From the NCBI GenBank assembly GCA_039807095.1, contig JBDHQM010000004.1, forward strand, positions 62,425 through 126,424: DNA of 64,000 bases, read 5' to 3'. Below, in pieces: positions 1 to 9,142 of this stretch. This stretch comes from Kiritimatiellia bacterium (GTDB lineage Bacteria; Verrucomicrobiota; Kiritimatiellia; CAIVKH01). The notes below the pieces were generated by a model, which saw nothing but the letters and a program-made list of their open reading frames with translations, made no database searches and was not told the origin of the DNA. Each line of letters opens with the position of its first letter. The first letter of the stretch is position 1. The position numbers and the translations under genes were made by a program.

Positions 1-890
1 AGTGTGTTGTACGCCATCAGAATGTTGTAGCCGCCGTTGACGCCGAGCCCTGCCCCGTCTGTGTCGTGAACAAAATTGTTGGCGACCTTGATGTCGTAGG
101 CCTCGAAATGAAGCCACGGGTTCGTCATGAATTCAAAGCCCGTGCCCTGCCCCGCCGTGATACCGCCGGTGCCCGCGTCATAGACCTCGTTGCCTTCGAT
201 GATAATCTGCGCAGAGCCGCCCTTCACATACATCGCCCAATCTTCGGCGTCGTGAACTTTCGACCGGACAATGTGCCCATACTGAACCGCCACAAAATCA
301 ATCGCGTTGTCGCCTGCGCTCGAGATGTCGCAATCCTCAACATAGATGTACTGGCTCTGATTCACCTTGAGTGTTTCCTGCGCATTGTTGTTGCCGCGGA
401 TGGTGCAACCGCGCAGCAAAATGTGGTTGCACAACTCCAAATGAAACGCATCGCCGCCGTTCACCGTCTTCGAGAATTCGATCCCGATGAAATAGAGATA
501 CGAGCAGTCGTAGATATTCGGATCGGACAGAATCACGCTGCCCGGCGACCCTTCCGCCTGCAGAATGATGGGATAGGTCGCAGTGCCATACCGCGATTCC
601 CAATAGTTCGGAATGTTTGTGTGAACACCCGGCATGATGCGAAGCCGGTATCCGTTGGTGAGCGTGACGCCCATCGGAATCCGGTTCCACGCCGCCGCAA
701 CTGTCCGCAACGCCTGATTCGACGTTGCGCCCGAGTTGGAGTCGTTGCCGTTGACGGCATCCACCCAGAGATCCTGTGTGACCGGATCTCCAATGTCATA
801 GCTGATCGGCTCCCACACCTGTGCCCCCGCACCGTACCCCAGCAGAACTAACACGCATAAGGACACGAACGCGCACTTCATAGTATTCCT
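1..890 (-). CDS. Partial secreted right-handed parallel beta-helix (pectate-lyase-like fold) protein; the C-terminus runs off the window edge
   Basis: Minus-strand frame open from the ATG at 888-890 to position 1; not in the ORF track because it has no in-window stop. N-terminal signal peptide MKCAFVSLCVLVLLGYGAGAQ. Repetitive PbH1-like turns (GCTIRGNNN, DCDISSAGDNAIDF, IEGNEVYDAGTGGI). Confidence 0.55.
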
Positions 891-1107
891 CCTCTTAAGC
901 GCAAAAGGATATCCCGCCCGCGAATTCTTGTTTAGGCAAAAACTAGAAGGCAATTCGCAATTCGTTTTTATCCAACGCATTACAGCAACAAAAAGATGCT
1001 CAACTCCGAATAGAACGCGGAGTGGCAACGCTGCGCTCGCGAGCCTTTTTGCTTTCGCGAGGTGAGAAACGCGGCTAGAACTACGCGTTTCCCAAGGTTC
1101 CAACGAT

Positions 1108-2787
1108 ATGAGCACAACGAACGATTCCCCGGCGACAGATGATAAGCCCTCCCACTTCATTCGCGACATCATCGCCGCGGACAAGCAGGCGGGGAAAAAC
1201 GGAGGCATCGTCGTCACGCGCTTCCCGCCTGAACCGAACGGCTATCTGCACATCGGACACGCCAAGGCGATCTGTCTGGACTTCGGCATGGCGCGCGAAT
1301 TCGGCGGCCGCTGCCATTTGCGAATGGACGACACAAACCCGGCGAAGGAATCCATGGAATACGTCGAGAGCATCAAGACCGACGTGCGCTGGCTGGGCTG
1401 GGACTGGGGCGAAAATTTTTTCTTCTCCGCGCATTATTTCGAGCGGATGTACGAAGTTGCGTGCGATCTGATCCGACGCGGCCGCGCGTATGTGTGCGAG
1501 CTGACGCAGGAGCAGTGGAAGGAATATCGCGGCGTACCCACGCGGCCGGGCAAGGAAAGTCCGTTTCGCAACCGCAGCGTTGACGAAAATCTCGACCTTT
1601 TCCGCCGTATGCGCGCGGGTGAATTTCCGGACGGTTCACTCTGCCTGCGCGCCAAGATTGATATGGCGTCGCCCAACATTCACCTGCGCGATCCGGTGCT
1701 CTACCGCATCATGCGCGAGCATCACTATTTGACGGGCAACGACTGGTGCATCTACCCGATGTACGACTATGCCCATCCGCTGGAGGATGCGTTCGAAGGC
1801 ATCACGCATTCGCTCTGCACCCTGGAGTTCGAAGTACACCGCCCGCTGTATGACTGGGTGGTGGATCAGCTCGGCGAGCTGCCCGTGCGCCCGCGTCAGA
1901 TTGAGTTTGCGCGCCTGAACTTGAGCTACACCGTGATGAGCAAGCGCAAGCTGCTCGAACTCGTGCAGAAAAAACTCGTGAGCGGTTGGGACGATCCGCG
2001 CATGCCCACGCTGTCCGGTCTGCGCCGCCGCGGCGTCCCGCCGGAGGCCATTCGCGCATTCTGCGACGAAATCGGCATCACGAAATACGAGAGCCTCACC
2101 GATGTTGCTCTCCTCGAACACTGCATTCGCAACGCGCTGAACAAGACCGCGCTGCGCCGCATGGCAGTTCTCGATCCCCTCCCCGTCACCATCGAAAACA
2201 CCGACGCTCTACCCGCCACTGTTGAGGCGGTGAACAATCCGGAAGACCCGTCGGCAGGCTCGCGCCAGATTCCGTTCGGCGCGCGCCTCTTCATCGAGCG
2301 CGACGATTTCATGGAGGTGCCGCCTCCGAAGTATTTCCGTCTCTCCCCCGGAAAATCCGTGCGCATCCGCTACGCAGGATTCCTCACCTGCACCGGCGTC
2401 CAAAAAGACGCGTCCGGCGCAGTCACCGGCATCACGTGCAAGTGGGATCCACCGTCAGCAGAGTTGAAGGTGAAGGGCACAATTCACTGGGTCCCGGCCG
2501 ACTCCGCGCACAAACTGGAAGCGCGTCTCTACGACCGGCTGTTCACTGTCGAGCAACCCGACGCCCAGGAAGGCAAAGAGTTCACTGAGCTCCTCAATCC
2601 GGACTCGCTGAAAGTCACGACCATTCAGGCGGAACCGGCACTCGCCGATGCCAAGCCCGGCGAGCAATTCCAGTTCGAGCGAATCGCGTACTTTGTCGCC
2701 GACAGCGTGGATTCAAAACCCGGCCAGCCGGTATTCACTCGCACTGCCACCCTCAAAGACGCGTGGTCCAAATCGGCGAAGAAGTAG
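1108..2787 (+). CDS. glnS: Glutaminyl-tRNA synthetase
   Basis: Class I aaRS with a HIGH motif (PEPNGYLHIGHAKA) and a KMSKS-type VMSKR motif. Full-length similarity to GlnRS, including the C-terminal anticodon-binding beta-barrels. Confidence 0.9.
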   Translation: MSTTNDSPATDDKPSHFIRDIIAADKQAGKNGGIVVTRFPPEPNGYLHIGHAKAICLDFGMAREFGGRCHLRMDDTNPAKESMEYVESIKTDVRWLGWDWGENFFFSAHYFERMYEVACDLIRRGRAYVCELTQEQWKEYRGVPTRPGKESPFRNRSVDENLDLFRRMRAGEFPDGSLCLRAKIDMASPNIHLRDPVLYRIMREHHYLTGNDWCIYPMYDYAHPLEDAFEGITHSLCTLEFEVHRPLYDWVVDQLGELPVRPRQIEFARLNLSYTVMSKRKLLELVQKKLVSGWDDPRMPTLSGLRRRGVPPEAIRAFCDEIGITKYESLTDVALLEHCIRNALNKTALRRMAVLDPLPVTIENTDALPATVEAVNNPEDPSAGSRQIPFGARLFIERDDFMEVPPPKYFRLSPGKSVRIRYAGFLTCTGVQKDASGAVTGITCKWDPPSAELKVKGTIHWVPADSAHKLEARLYDRLFTVEQPDAQEGKEFTELLNPDSLKVTTIQAEPALADAKPGEQFQFERIAYFVADSVDSKPGQPVFTRTATLKDAWSKSAKK

Positions 2788-2863
2788 CGCCACCTACACC
2801 ACAGCGCCCGAGATTCTTGGCCTGACCGATCAGTCTGATTAGTCAGATCAGTCGAATACAGTT

Positions 2864-3292
2864 TTAGCCCTTGTGGGAGTTGATCCAGTTGAGAGCGCGC
2901 TCTTTGGAGAATGCGCCTACCTTCCGATCCACGACCTTGCCGTCTTTGAAAAGCATGAAGGTCGGAATCGCTTCGATGTTGTAGCGCGACGCCAACTCGT
3001 TGTTCTCGTCCACATCCACTTTCAGCACGCGAAGGCTGCCCGATTGTTCTTCCGCGATTTCCGCAATGATCGGATTCATGATTTTGCAGGGCGGGCACCA
3101 GGTCGCCCAGAAATCCACGAGAACAAATCCTTCCGCGACGCTCTGATCAAACTGCTCGCTCGACGAAATAATGGTTTCGTTGCCGTGCTGCTCTGATCCT
3201 TCAGCAGCCCGGGTTTGGGAAGACGGCGCGCACCCCATCAAAAGCAAGGCGGCCAATGCTAGTGAACTAAATCCTATTTTCATGATTCTCAT
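2864..3292 (-). CDS. Periplasmic thioredoxin (lipoprotein signal, WCPPCK active site)
   Basis: Thioredoxin fold with a CPPC motif. N-terminus MRIMKIGFSSLALAALLLMGC is a lipobox-type signal. The ORF track extends to 3355, but the internal ATG at 3292 gives a canonical signal peptide. Confidence 0.75.
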   Translation of the reverse strand: MRIMKIGFSSLALAALLLMGCAPSSQTRAAEGSEQHGNETIISSSEQFDQSVAEGFVLVDFWATWCPPCKIMNPIIAEIAEEQSGSLRVLKVDVDENNELASRYNIEAIPTFMLFKDGKVVDRKVGAFSKERALNWINSHKG

Positions 3293-3617
3293 CCTTCCCG
3301 GGGGATAGCTCACCCCCTTCTTTCTACGTCGCCAAGCATCGGCCAAACCTGACATATTTCAAGCTGCCAATCCGACGTATTTGCACACCCCGACTGCAGC
3401 ACACGACAGCGCGCCGCAACCTGCGGCGAGGCGGTGAGGTCGGAAATAAAACGAGAGAAAGCCGGTTTAGGCCTTCTTTTGCTGACGAGCGCGCTCTTTC
3501 AGGCGCTTCTTACGGCGAAGACGGGCGGCCTGTTTGACGCGAGTGCGAAGATTTTGTCCCATAACGCGTGCGGGTGTAGCAGGTGCGGTGGCGAAGGTAA
3601 AGTGCGATTATGCGGCT

Positions 3618-4925
3618 CTACAGCTTTTCGCAGCCGAGATCCTTCTCTTCCAGCGACTCCGTGCGCGTCTGAATGGCGTTGAGGAAGCGTCCGCCCATCG
3701 CGCCGTCAATCACGCGGTGGTCAAAGGAGAAGCTCAAATACAACTGGCTCCGCACTTCCACCTTGTGATTCACGACCGCGGGCGCCTCAAAGACCGCGCC
3801 CATGCCGAGAATGGCAACTTGCGGCTGGTAGATGATCGGGGTACCGAGCAGACTGCCGAATGCACCGAAGTTCGACATCGAGAATGTGCCACCTTCAACG
3901 TCGGCGCGGGTCAACTGCTTCGAACGCGCGGCGCGGATCAAACGGTCGAGCTCCTGCGCGATTTCCGGAAAACTCAGCTTGTCGGCATTTTTGACAACCG
4001 GCACCACAAGGCTCTCGTCCTGCAGCGCAACGGCGCAGCCAATGTTCACATCCTTGCGCAACACGAGGTTATCGCCGAGGACGGATGCATTGACGGTCGG
4101 GAAGTCGCGCAGCACGCGGGACGTGACGTAAATCATTACGGCGGTGTAGGTCATCTTGACGCCATACCGCTTTTCAAAGGCAGCTTTCATGCGCTCGCGC
4201 AGGGCGACGATATGCGTCACATCCACCGCGTGCACCATGGTCACGTGGGCGCTGGTGTGAATGGATTGCACCATGTGGTCGGCGATGGTGCGGCGAATCG
4301 ATGTCATCGGAACCACTTGCCCGAGATGTTCGATGTCGCGCGGTGTAGGTTTTTGTTTGCCGGTCGCTTGTGCCAGATTTGTCGCACCGACAGGGCGCTG
4401 AGCGAGGTATTGCAACAAATCGTTTTTGGTCACGCGCCCGCCCTGACCGCTTCCGCGAATTTCCTGAAGCTCTTTGAGCGAGATATTATTGATCATCGCG
4501 AGGCGCAAGACGAAGGGCGACAGCCAGTCGCGCGTAAGCTCCGGCAATCGGGGGCCGCCGCCGTTATCGTCCCCTTCATTGATGACAGAAACCATCACCT
4601 GCTCACCGCGCGAGGCGGCGTGAGGCTGGTTGGCACGAGTCTCTTTGGGCGGTTCCACGGGCTCCGCACCTGCGGCGGCGCCCCCCTCCACCTCGAGGGT
4701 GGCAACAACTTCGCCGATTTTCGCGCGGGCGCCCTCGCCCTTCATGATCGCGGCAAGCCGGCCCGCGACGGGGCTTTCCACTTCGACGGTAATTTTGTCG
4801 CTCTCGACTTCCATCAACACTTCGTCGGCGGCAACCGCGTCGCCGACCTGTTTGCACCATTTGGTGATGGTGCCCTCGGCGACGCTCTGGCCCATCTGTG
4901 GCATCAGGATTGGAATCGTTTTCAT
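3618..4925 (-). CDS. 2-oxoacid dehydrogenase complex E2 (dihydrolipoamide acyltransferase)
   Basis: N-terminal lipoyl domain (ESDKITVEVESP), peripheral subunit-binding domain and a catalytic domain with DHRVIDGA. Lies 3' of the E1alpha/E1beta genes. Confidence 0.85.
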   Translation of the reverse strand: MKTIPILMPQMGQSVAEGTITKWCKQVGDAVAADEVLMEVESDKITVEVESPVAGRLAAIMKGEGARAKIGEVVATLEVEGGAAAGAEPVEPPKETRANQPHAASRGEQVMVSVINEGDDNGGGPRLPELTRDWLSPFVLRLAMINNISLKELQEIRGSGQGGRVTKNDLLQYLAQRPVGATNLAQATGKQKPTPRDIEHLGQVVPMTSIRRTIADHMVQSIHTSAHVTMVHAVDVTHIVALRERMKAAFEKRYGVKMTYTAVMIYVTSRVLRDFPTVNASVLGDNLVLRKDVNIGCAVALQDESLVVPVVKNADKLSFPEIAQELDRLIRAARSKQLTRADVEGGTFSMSNFGAFGSLLGTPIIYQPQVAILGMGAVFEAPAVVNHKVEVRSQLYLSFSFDHRVIDGAMGGRFLNAIQTRTESLEEKDLGCEKL

Positions 4926-5015
4926 AATTTTTCAGCGCAGTGCGCGATTGCAACCAACAGCTCGATCAACTCTTTCTGTTCGCTCGCCTCGCGCGTCTGT
5001 GTCCTCCATGCCAAC

Positions 5016-5990
5016 TCAGTATTCAATCAACTCGACCAATGCCCGCTCAATCTTGTCCGCATTGGGGCGATAAGCCGCTTCCAGTTCAGGCGCAAATGGA
5101 ACCGGGATATCCGGCGCCGTCACCCGCATCACCGGCGCATCGAGCAGGTGGAACGCGCGCTCCGCCACCAGCGCGGATAACTCCGCACCGAATCCGCACG
5201 TGCGCCATCCTTCGTGCACCACCAACACGCGATTCGTCGCCGCGACAGCCGCGATCACCGCGTCCTCGTCGTACGGCTTCAGCGTGCGCATATCTACAAC
5301 CATCACCTCGTACCCCTGTGCGGCCAAACGCGTCGCGGCGCGGATGGATTCGTGCACCATCGCGCCGTACGTCAGCACAACCGCCTCCTGGCCGGGCCGC
5401 ACAATGCGCGCGGCGCCGATGCGCACCGGCTCAATTTCATTCGGCACCAGCTCTTTGACGTGGCGATACAACAGTTTGTTTTCGAGAAAAATGACGGGGT
5501 TGGGATCCAGCACCGAGGCGTACATCAAATTGCGCGCATCGGACGGAAATGCGGGATACACCACCTTGAGACCCGGCATGTGACAGAAAATCGCCTCCAA
5601 CTCTTCCGAGTGGAACGGCCCGCCGCCCAGTCCGCCGCCGCACGGCGCGCGCACGGTCATCGGCACAGGAAAACCGGTGCGATAATAGTGCGTGCCTGCG
5701 TTGTTCAACAAATGGTGCAGCGAATTGGTGCCGAAATCCGCGAATTGCAATTCAACCACCGGCTTGAGCCCCTGCGTGGCCATGCCGATAGCGGTACCAA
5801 AAATTGCCGATTCGCTGATCGGCGTGTCAAAGCAACGATCCTCACCGAATTCCTCCTGGAACCCGAGCGTCATCTTAAAGGCGCCGCCGAACTGGCCGAT
5901 ATCCTCGCCATACAGCACGACTTCCGGGTGCGCCTTCATCACGGCGCGCAACCCCTGTCGAATCGCCTCGAGATAGGTCATCTCAAGCAT
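5016..5990 (-). CDS. 2-oxoacid dehydrogenase E1 beta subunit (transketolase-like)
   Basis: Strong E1beta homology from MLEMTYLEAIRQGL. The start at 5990 overlaps the E1alpha stop by 8 nt; the track's longer ORF to 6095 is an upstream extension. Confidence 0.85.
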   Translation of the reverse strand: MLEMTYLEAIRQGLRAVMKAHPEVVLYGEDIGQFGGAFKMTLGFQEEFGEDRCFDTPISESAIFGTAIGMATQGLKPVVELQFADFGTNSLHHLLNNAGTHYYRTGFPVPMTVRAPCGGGLGGGPFHSEELEAIFCHMPGLKVVYPAFPSDARNLMYASVLDPNPVIFLENKLLYRHVKELVPNEIEPVRIGAARIVRPGQEAVVLTYGAMVHESIRAATRLAAQGYEVMVVDMRTLKPYDEDAVIAAVAATNRVLVVHEGWRTCGFGAELSALVAERAFHLLDAPVMRVTAPDIPVPFAPELEAAYRPNADKIERALVELIEY

Positions 5991-6996
5991 GGGCGTACAC
6001 TCCATCATACATGGAAGCGGGATCCGGCGCGGGGTCGCGAAGCGCCTGCTGATAGGCCGCATCCACATTCGCCAGACACTCGGCCTCCAGCGCATCCACC
6101 TCCGCAGCGGTCAGCACGCCGTCGCCAATGAGCCGTTCGCGCGCGACTTTGATCGGGTCGCGCGCAGCATATTCCGCCAGCAAATCTTTCGGCACATACG
6201 ACGAATCGTCGTGCTCGCCGTGCCCGCGCATACGCAGCGTATCGCACTCCACCAGAACCGCGCGCGGATTCTTTCGCAGATCGTCCGCAAGCGCACGGAG
6301 GAAGAGAAAAAGCTCCACCGCGTTATTGCCGTCCTTAAAGAAACCTTCAATCCCATAGCCCGGCGCGCGATCCACAAGCCGCTTGCACTTGTACTGGTAT
6401 TTCGTCGGCGTCGAATAGGCGTAGTGATTGTTCTCAATCAGGAAAATAACCGGCACGTCATAGACCGCGGCAAAATTCACGGCTTCATGGAAATCGCCCG
6501 TGCTCGTGCCGCCATCACCGATGAAGCCAAAGCCCACCGCATCCAACCCGCGCCGCCGCTTTGCCATGATGCCGCCGACCACCACCGGCAGCATCGCGCC
6601 AAGGTGCGAAATCATCGTGTACACGCCGTTGTTCAAATTGCCGTAGTGCACATTGCCATCGCGCCCGCGCGTCGGACCATCCGCCCGGGCCAGCCACTGA
6701 CGGAAAATGTTCAGCGTCGTCTCCCCGCGCCCGATGTGTACCGTGATATTCCGAATCAGCGGCACAAAGAGGTCTTCCGGCCCGCTGGCCGATGTCGCAG
6801 ACGCGCCGATTCCCTCCTGCCCCACGCCTGTATAGACGCCGCCGTAAATCTTCGCCTGGTGATAGAGGCGGATCAGGCGTTCCTCCGTCTTCCGGGCCAG
6901 CAGCATCGTGCGCAGCAGACCCGTCAGCGCGCTCTTTGAGACATTTGTGAGATCGGATTTTGTTTCTGAAGCCATAATTCCGCCAACGATTGGCAA
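5983..6996 (-). CDS. 2-oxoacid dehydrogenase E1 alpha subunit (TPP-dependent)
   Basis: TPP-binding E1alpha family (GDGGTSTGDFHEAVNFAAVYDVPVIFLIENN). No E3 gene adjacent, so whether this is the PDH, BCKDH or acetoin type is unresolved. Confidence 0.85.
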   Translation of the reverse strand: MPIVGGIMASETKSDLTNVSKSALTGLLRTMLLARKTEERLIRLYHQAKIYGGVYTGVGQEGIGASATSASGPEDLFVPLIRNITVHIGRGETTLNIFRQWLARADGPTRGRDGNVHYGNLNNGVYTMISHLGAMLPVVVGGIMAKRRRGLDAVGFGFIGDGGTSTGDFHEAVNFAAVYDVPVIFLIENNHYAYSTPTKYQYKCKRLVDRAPGYGIEGFFKDGNNAVELFLFLRALADDLRKNPRAVLVECDTLRMRGHGEHDDSSYVPKDLLAEYAARDPIKVARERLIGDGVLTAAEVDALEAECLANVDAAYQQALRDPAPDPASMYDGVYAHA

Positions 6997-7159
6997 ACCT
7001 CAAATCTGACAGATAATCTCCACACCCGCAATGCTTTCGTATTGCGTATTGCGCCCGAAGCATCGCAGTTTGCGCATGCAACGGCGAGGCCACAGGGTTC
7101 ACATCAGCAGCGCCGGCAGACGCCCCGTTGCTGAACTCAGAAAACGCGGGGCAGAGCGA

Positions 7160-9079
7160 TTATTTCACAGATGCGCCGGGCGGAAGATCGCCATCCACAG
7201 TGACGAGGCGGAGCTGATCGCCTTGCGAGGCGGCGAGAAGCATGCCATTGGATTCGACTCCTCGAATTTTTGCGGGCTTCAGATTCACAACAACGATGAT
7301 CGTTTTGCCGATCACCTGCTCCGGAGAATAGTGCTGCGCAATGCCGGCGATGATCTGGCGCTTTTCTTCGCCCACCTGAATCTGCAACTTCAATAACTTG
7401 TCTGCGCCGGGCACTTTCTCCGCCTCCAGCACTTTTGCCGAACGCAGCTTCACCTTGGCGAAATCCGCATATTCAATCACGCCCTCCACGGGCGCAGCGA
7501 CAGGAGTCGGCGCGGGTGCCGGCGCGGATGCAGGCGTCTCCTTCTTCTTTTCGATGCGCGGGAACAGCGGGCCCGGTTCCGATACTTCACTGCCGGCGGG
7601 AAACACACCGAACACCCGGAGTTCCTCGTTCGCGCACGGCTTCTGCAAGCCGAGCGCCCTGCGGAATGCATCCATCTTCTCCGGCATCACGGGTTGCAGG
7701 AGCGAGGAGAGGATGCGCAGCGATTCCGCAGCAACGTAGAGGCAGGTGTGCAGCTCTGATTTATCGTCTTTCTTCGCGAGCGACCAGGGCTGCTTCACCT
7801 CAAAGTATTTATTCACGCGCTTCACGGCGTTCAGCACTTCGGTCAGGCCCTGATCAATCCGCATCCCGTGGATGAGCGAGAAGCACTTCTCCACAGCGGC
7901 AAGAATCGTCGCGCGCACGTCGGCGGATTCCGCATCGAGATCGCCCGGAGGCAAGGCAGGCACGTTGCCGCCGCAGAAACGACGAGTCATATTCGTCACG
8001 CGATTGAGCAGATTGCCCAAATCGTTTGCGAGATCCGCGTTATAGCGCCGGATAAACGAATCCTCGGTAAAATTGGCGTCCTGCCCGAGAATCATTTCCG
8101 CCATCAAGAAATAGCGGAACGCGTCCACACCGTAGCGATCAATCATATCCATCGGATTGACAACGTTGCCGAGCGACTTGCTCATCTTGGTGTCGCCCGA
8201 GAGCCACCACCCGTGCGCAAACACGGTGCGCGGCTGCGAAACGCCGAGCGCCTTGAGCATGGTGGGCCAATAGACGGTGTGCGTGGTCAAAATATCTTTT
8301 CCCACGAGGTGATAGCAGCCGGGCCACCACTTCGCGAACATCGCGTCGTCCGATTTATAACCCACGGCGCTTATGTAGTTAACGAGCGCGTCGAACCAAA
8401 CGTAGCAGACGTAGTCCGTATCGAACGGCAGTTCAATGCCCCAGGCCAGGCGGCTCTTCGGACGCGAGATGCAGAGGTCCTGCAGCGGTTTGCGCAAAAA
8501 CCCGAGCGTCTCGTTGCGGCGGTGGTCCGGCTGGATGAACTCGGGGTTGTCGTTGATATACTGAATGAGCCAATCCTGATAGGCGCTCATCTTGAAAAAG
8601 TAGTTCGCCTCTTTAATCCGGACGATATTCGGCATTTCCTCCGGCTTCTTCCCTTCCGGAATGTCTTTTTCCGTGACGAAGGTCTCGCTCGTCACGTCGT
8701 ACCAGCCGTCGTATTCGGCGCGATAGATTTCGCCGCGATCGTACAAGTCTTGAAGGCACGCCTGCACCACGCGCGTATGACGCGGCTCCGTTGTCCGGAT
8801 GAAGTCATCGTGCGTGATCTCCAGCCGCTTCCAAAGGTTCTGGAAGTGAACAACCGTGGCATCGGCCTGCTGTTGCGGGGTCATACCCGCTTTGTCAGCA
8901 GCGCGCTGAACCTTCTGCCCGTGCTCGTCTGTGCCAGTGAGGAAATAGGTCGGGTCGCCCGCAAGGCGATGGTAGCGAGCGAGCACGTCGGCGAGGATCG
9001 TGGTGTACGCGTGGCCGATGTGCGGCTTGTCGTTGACGTAATAGATAGGCGTCGTGATGTAGAACGGTGAAGTGCTCAT
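7160..9079 (-). CDS. metG: Methionyl-tRNA synthetase with C-terminal tRNA-binding (EMAP/Trbp111-like) domain
   Basis: HIGH motif (PIYYVNDKPHIGHAYT), KMSKS (KMSKSLGN) and a C-terminal OB-fold tRNA-binding domain. Confidence 0.9.
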   Translation of the reverse strand: MSTSPFYITTPIYYVNDKPHIGHAYTTILADVLARYHRLAGDPTYFLTGTDEHGQKVQRAADKAGMTPQQQADATVVHFQNLWKRLEITHDDFIRTTEPRHTRVVQACLQDLYDRGEIYRAEYDGWYDVTSETFVTEKDIPEGKKPEEMPNIVRIKEANYFFKMSAYQDWLIQYINDNPEFIQPDHRRNETLGFLRKPLQDLCISRPKSRLAWGIELPFDTDYVCYVWFDALVNYISAVGYKSDDAMFAKWWPGCYHLVGKDILTTHTVYWPTMLKALGVSQPRTVFAHGWWLSGDTKMSKSLGNVVNPMDMIDRYGVDAFRYFLMAEMILGQDANFTEDSFIRRYNADLANDLGNLLNRVTNMTRRFCGGNVPALPPGDLDAESADVRATILAAVEKCFSLIHGMRIDQGLTEVLNAVKRVNKYFEVKQPWSLAKKDDKSELHTCLYVAAESLRILSSLLQPVMPEKMDAFRRALGLQKPCANEELRVFGVFPAGSEVSEPGPLFPRIEKKKETPASAPAPAPTPVAAPVEGVIEYADFAKVKLRSAKVLEAEKVPGADKLLKLQIQVGEEKRQIIAGIAQHYSPEQVIGKTIIVVVNLKPAKIRGVESNGMLLAASQGDQLRLVTVDGDLPPGASVK

Positions 9080-9142
9080 AGTGGTACCGGCGCCGAGTAT
9101 AGACCCCGAAGTTGAAAGAACAACTGGGTTATATCCGGCCCG

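Noticed and set aside
66-851. 261-aa plus-strand ORF (MNKIVGDLDVVGLEMKPR...)
   Set aside because: Antisense to a much better-supported minus-strand beta-helix gene (signal peptide, repeat architecture, frame open to the window edge). High-GC DNA generates long spurious antisense ORFs.
2788-2863. Imperfect direct/inverted repeats (gatcagtctgattagtcagatcagtc) between convergent glnS and thioredoxin genes
   Set aside because: Arms do not form a clean stem and there is no U-tract; cannot be supported as a terminator.
3534-6939. Long plus-strand ORFs 3534..5180, 5214..6131 and 5989..6939 opposite the E2/E1beta/E1alpha genes
   Set aside because: No recognisable protein features and Arg/His/Ala-rich GC-artefact composition. 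The opposite strand encodes unmistakable 2-oxoacid dehydrogenase subunits.
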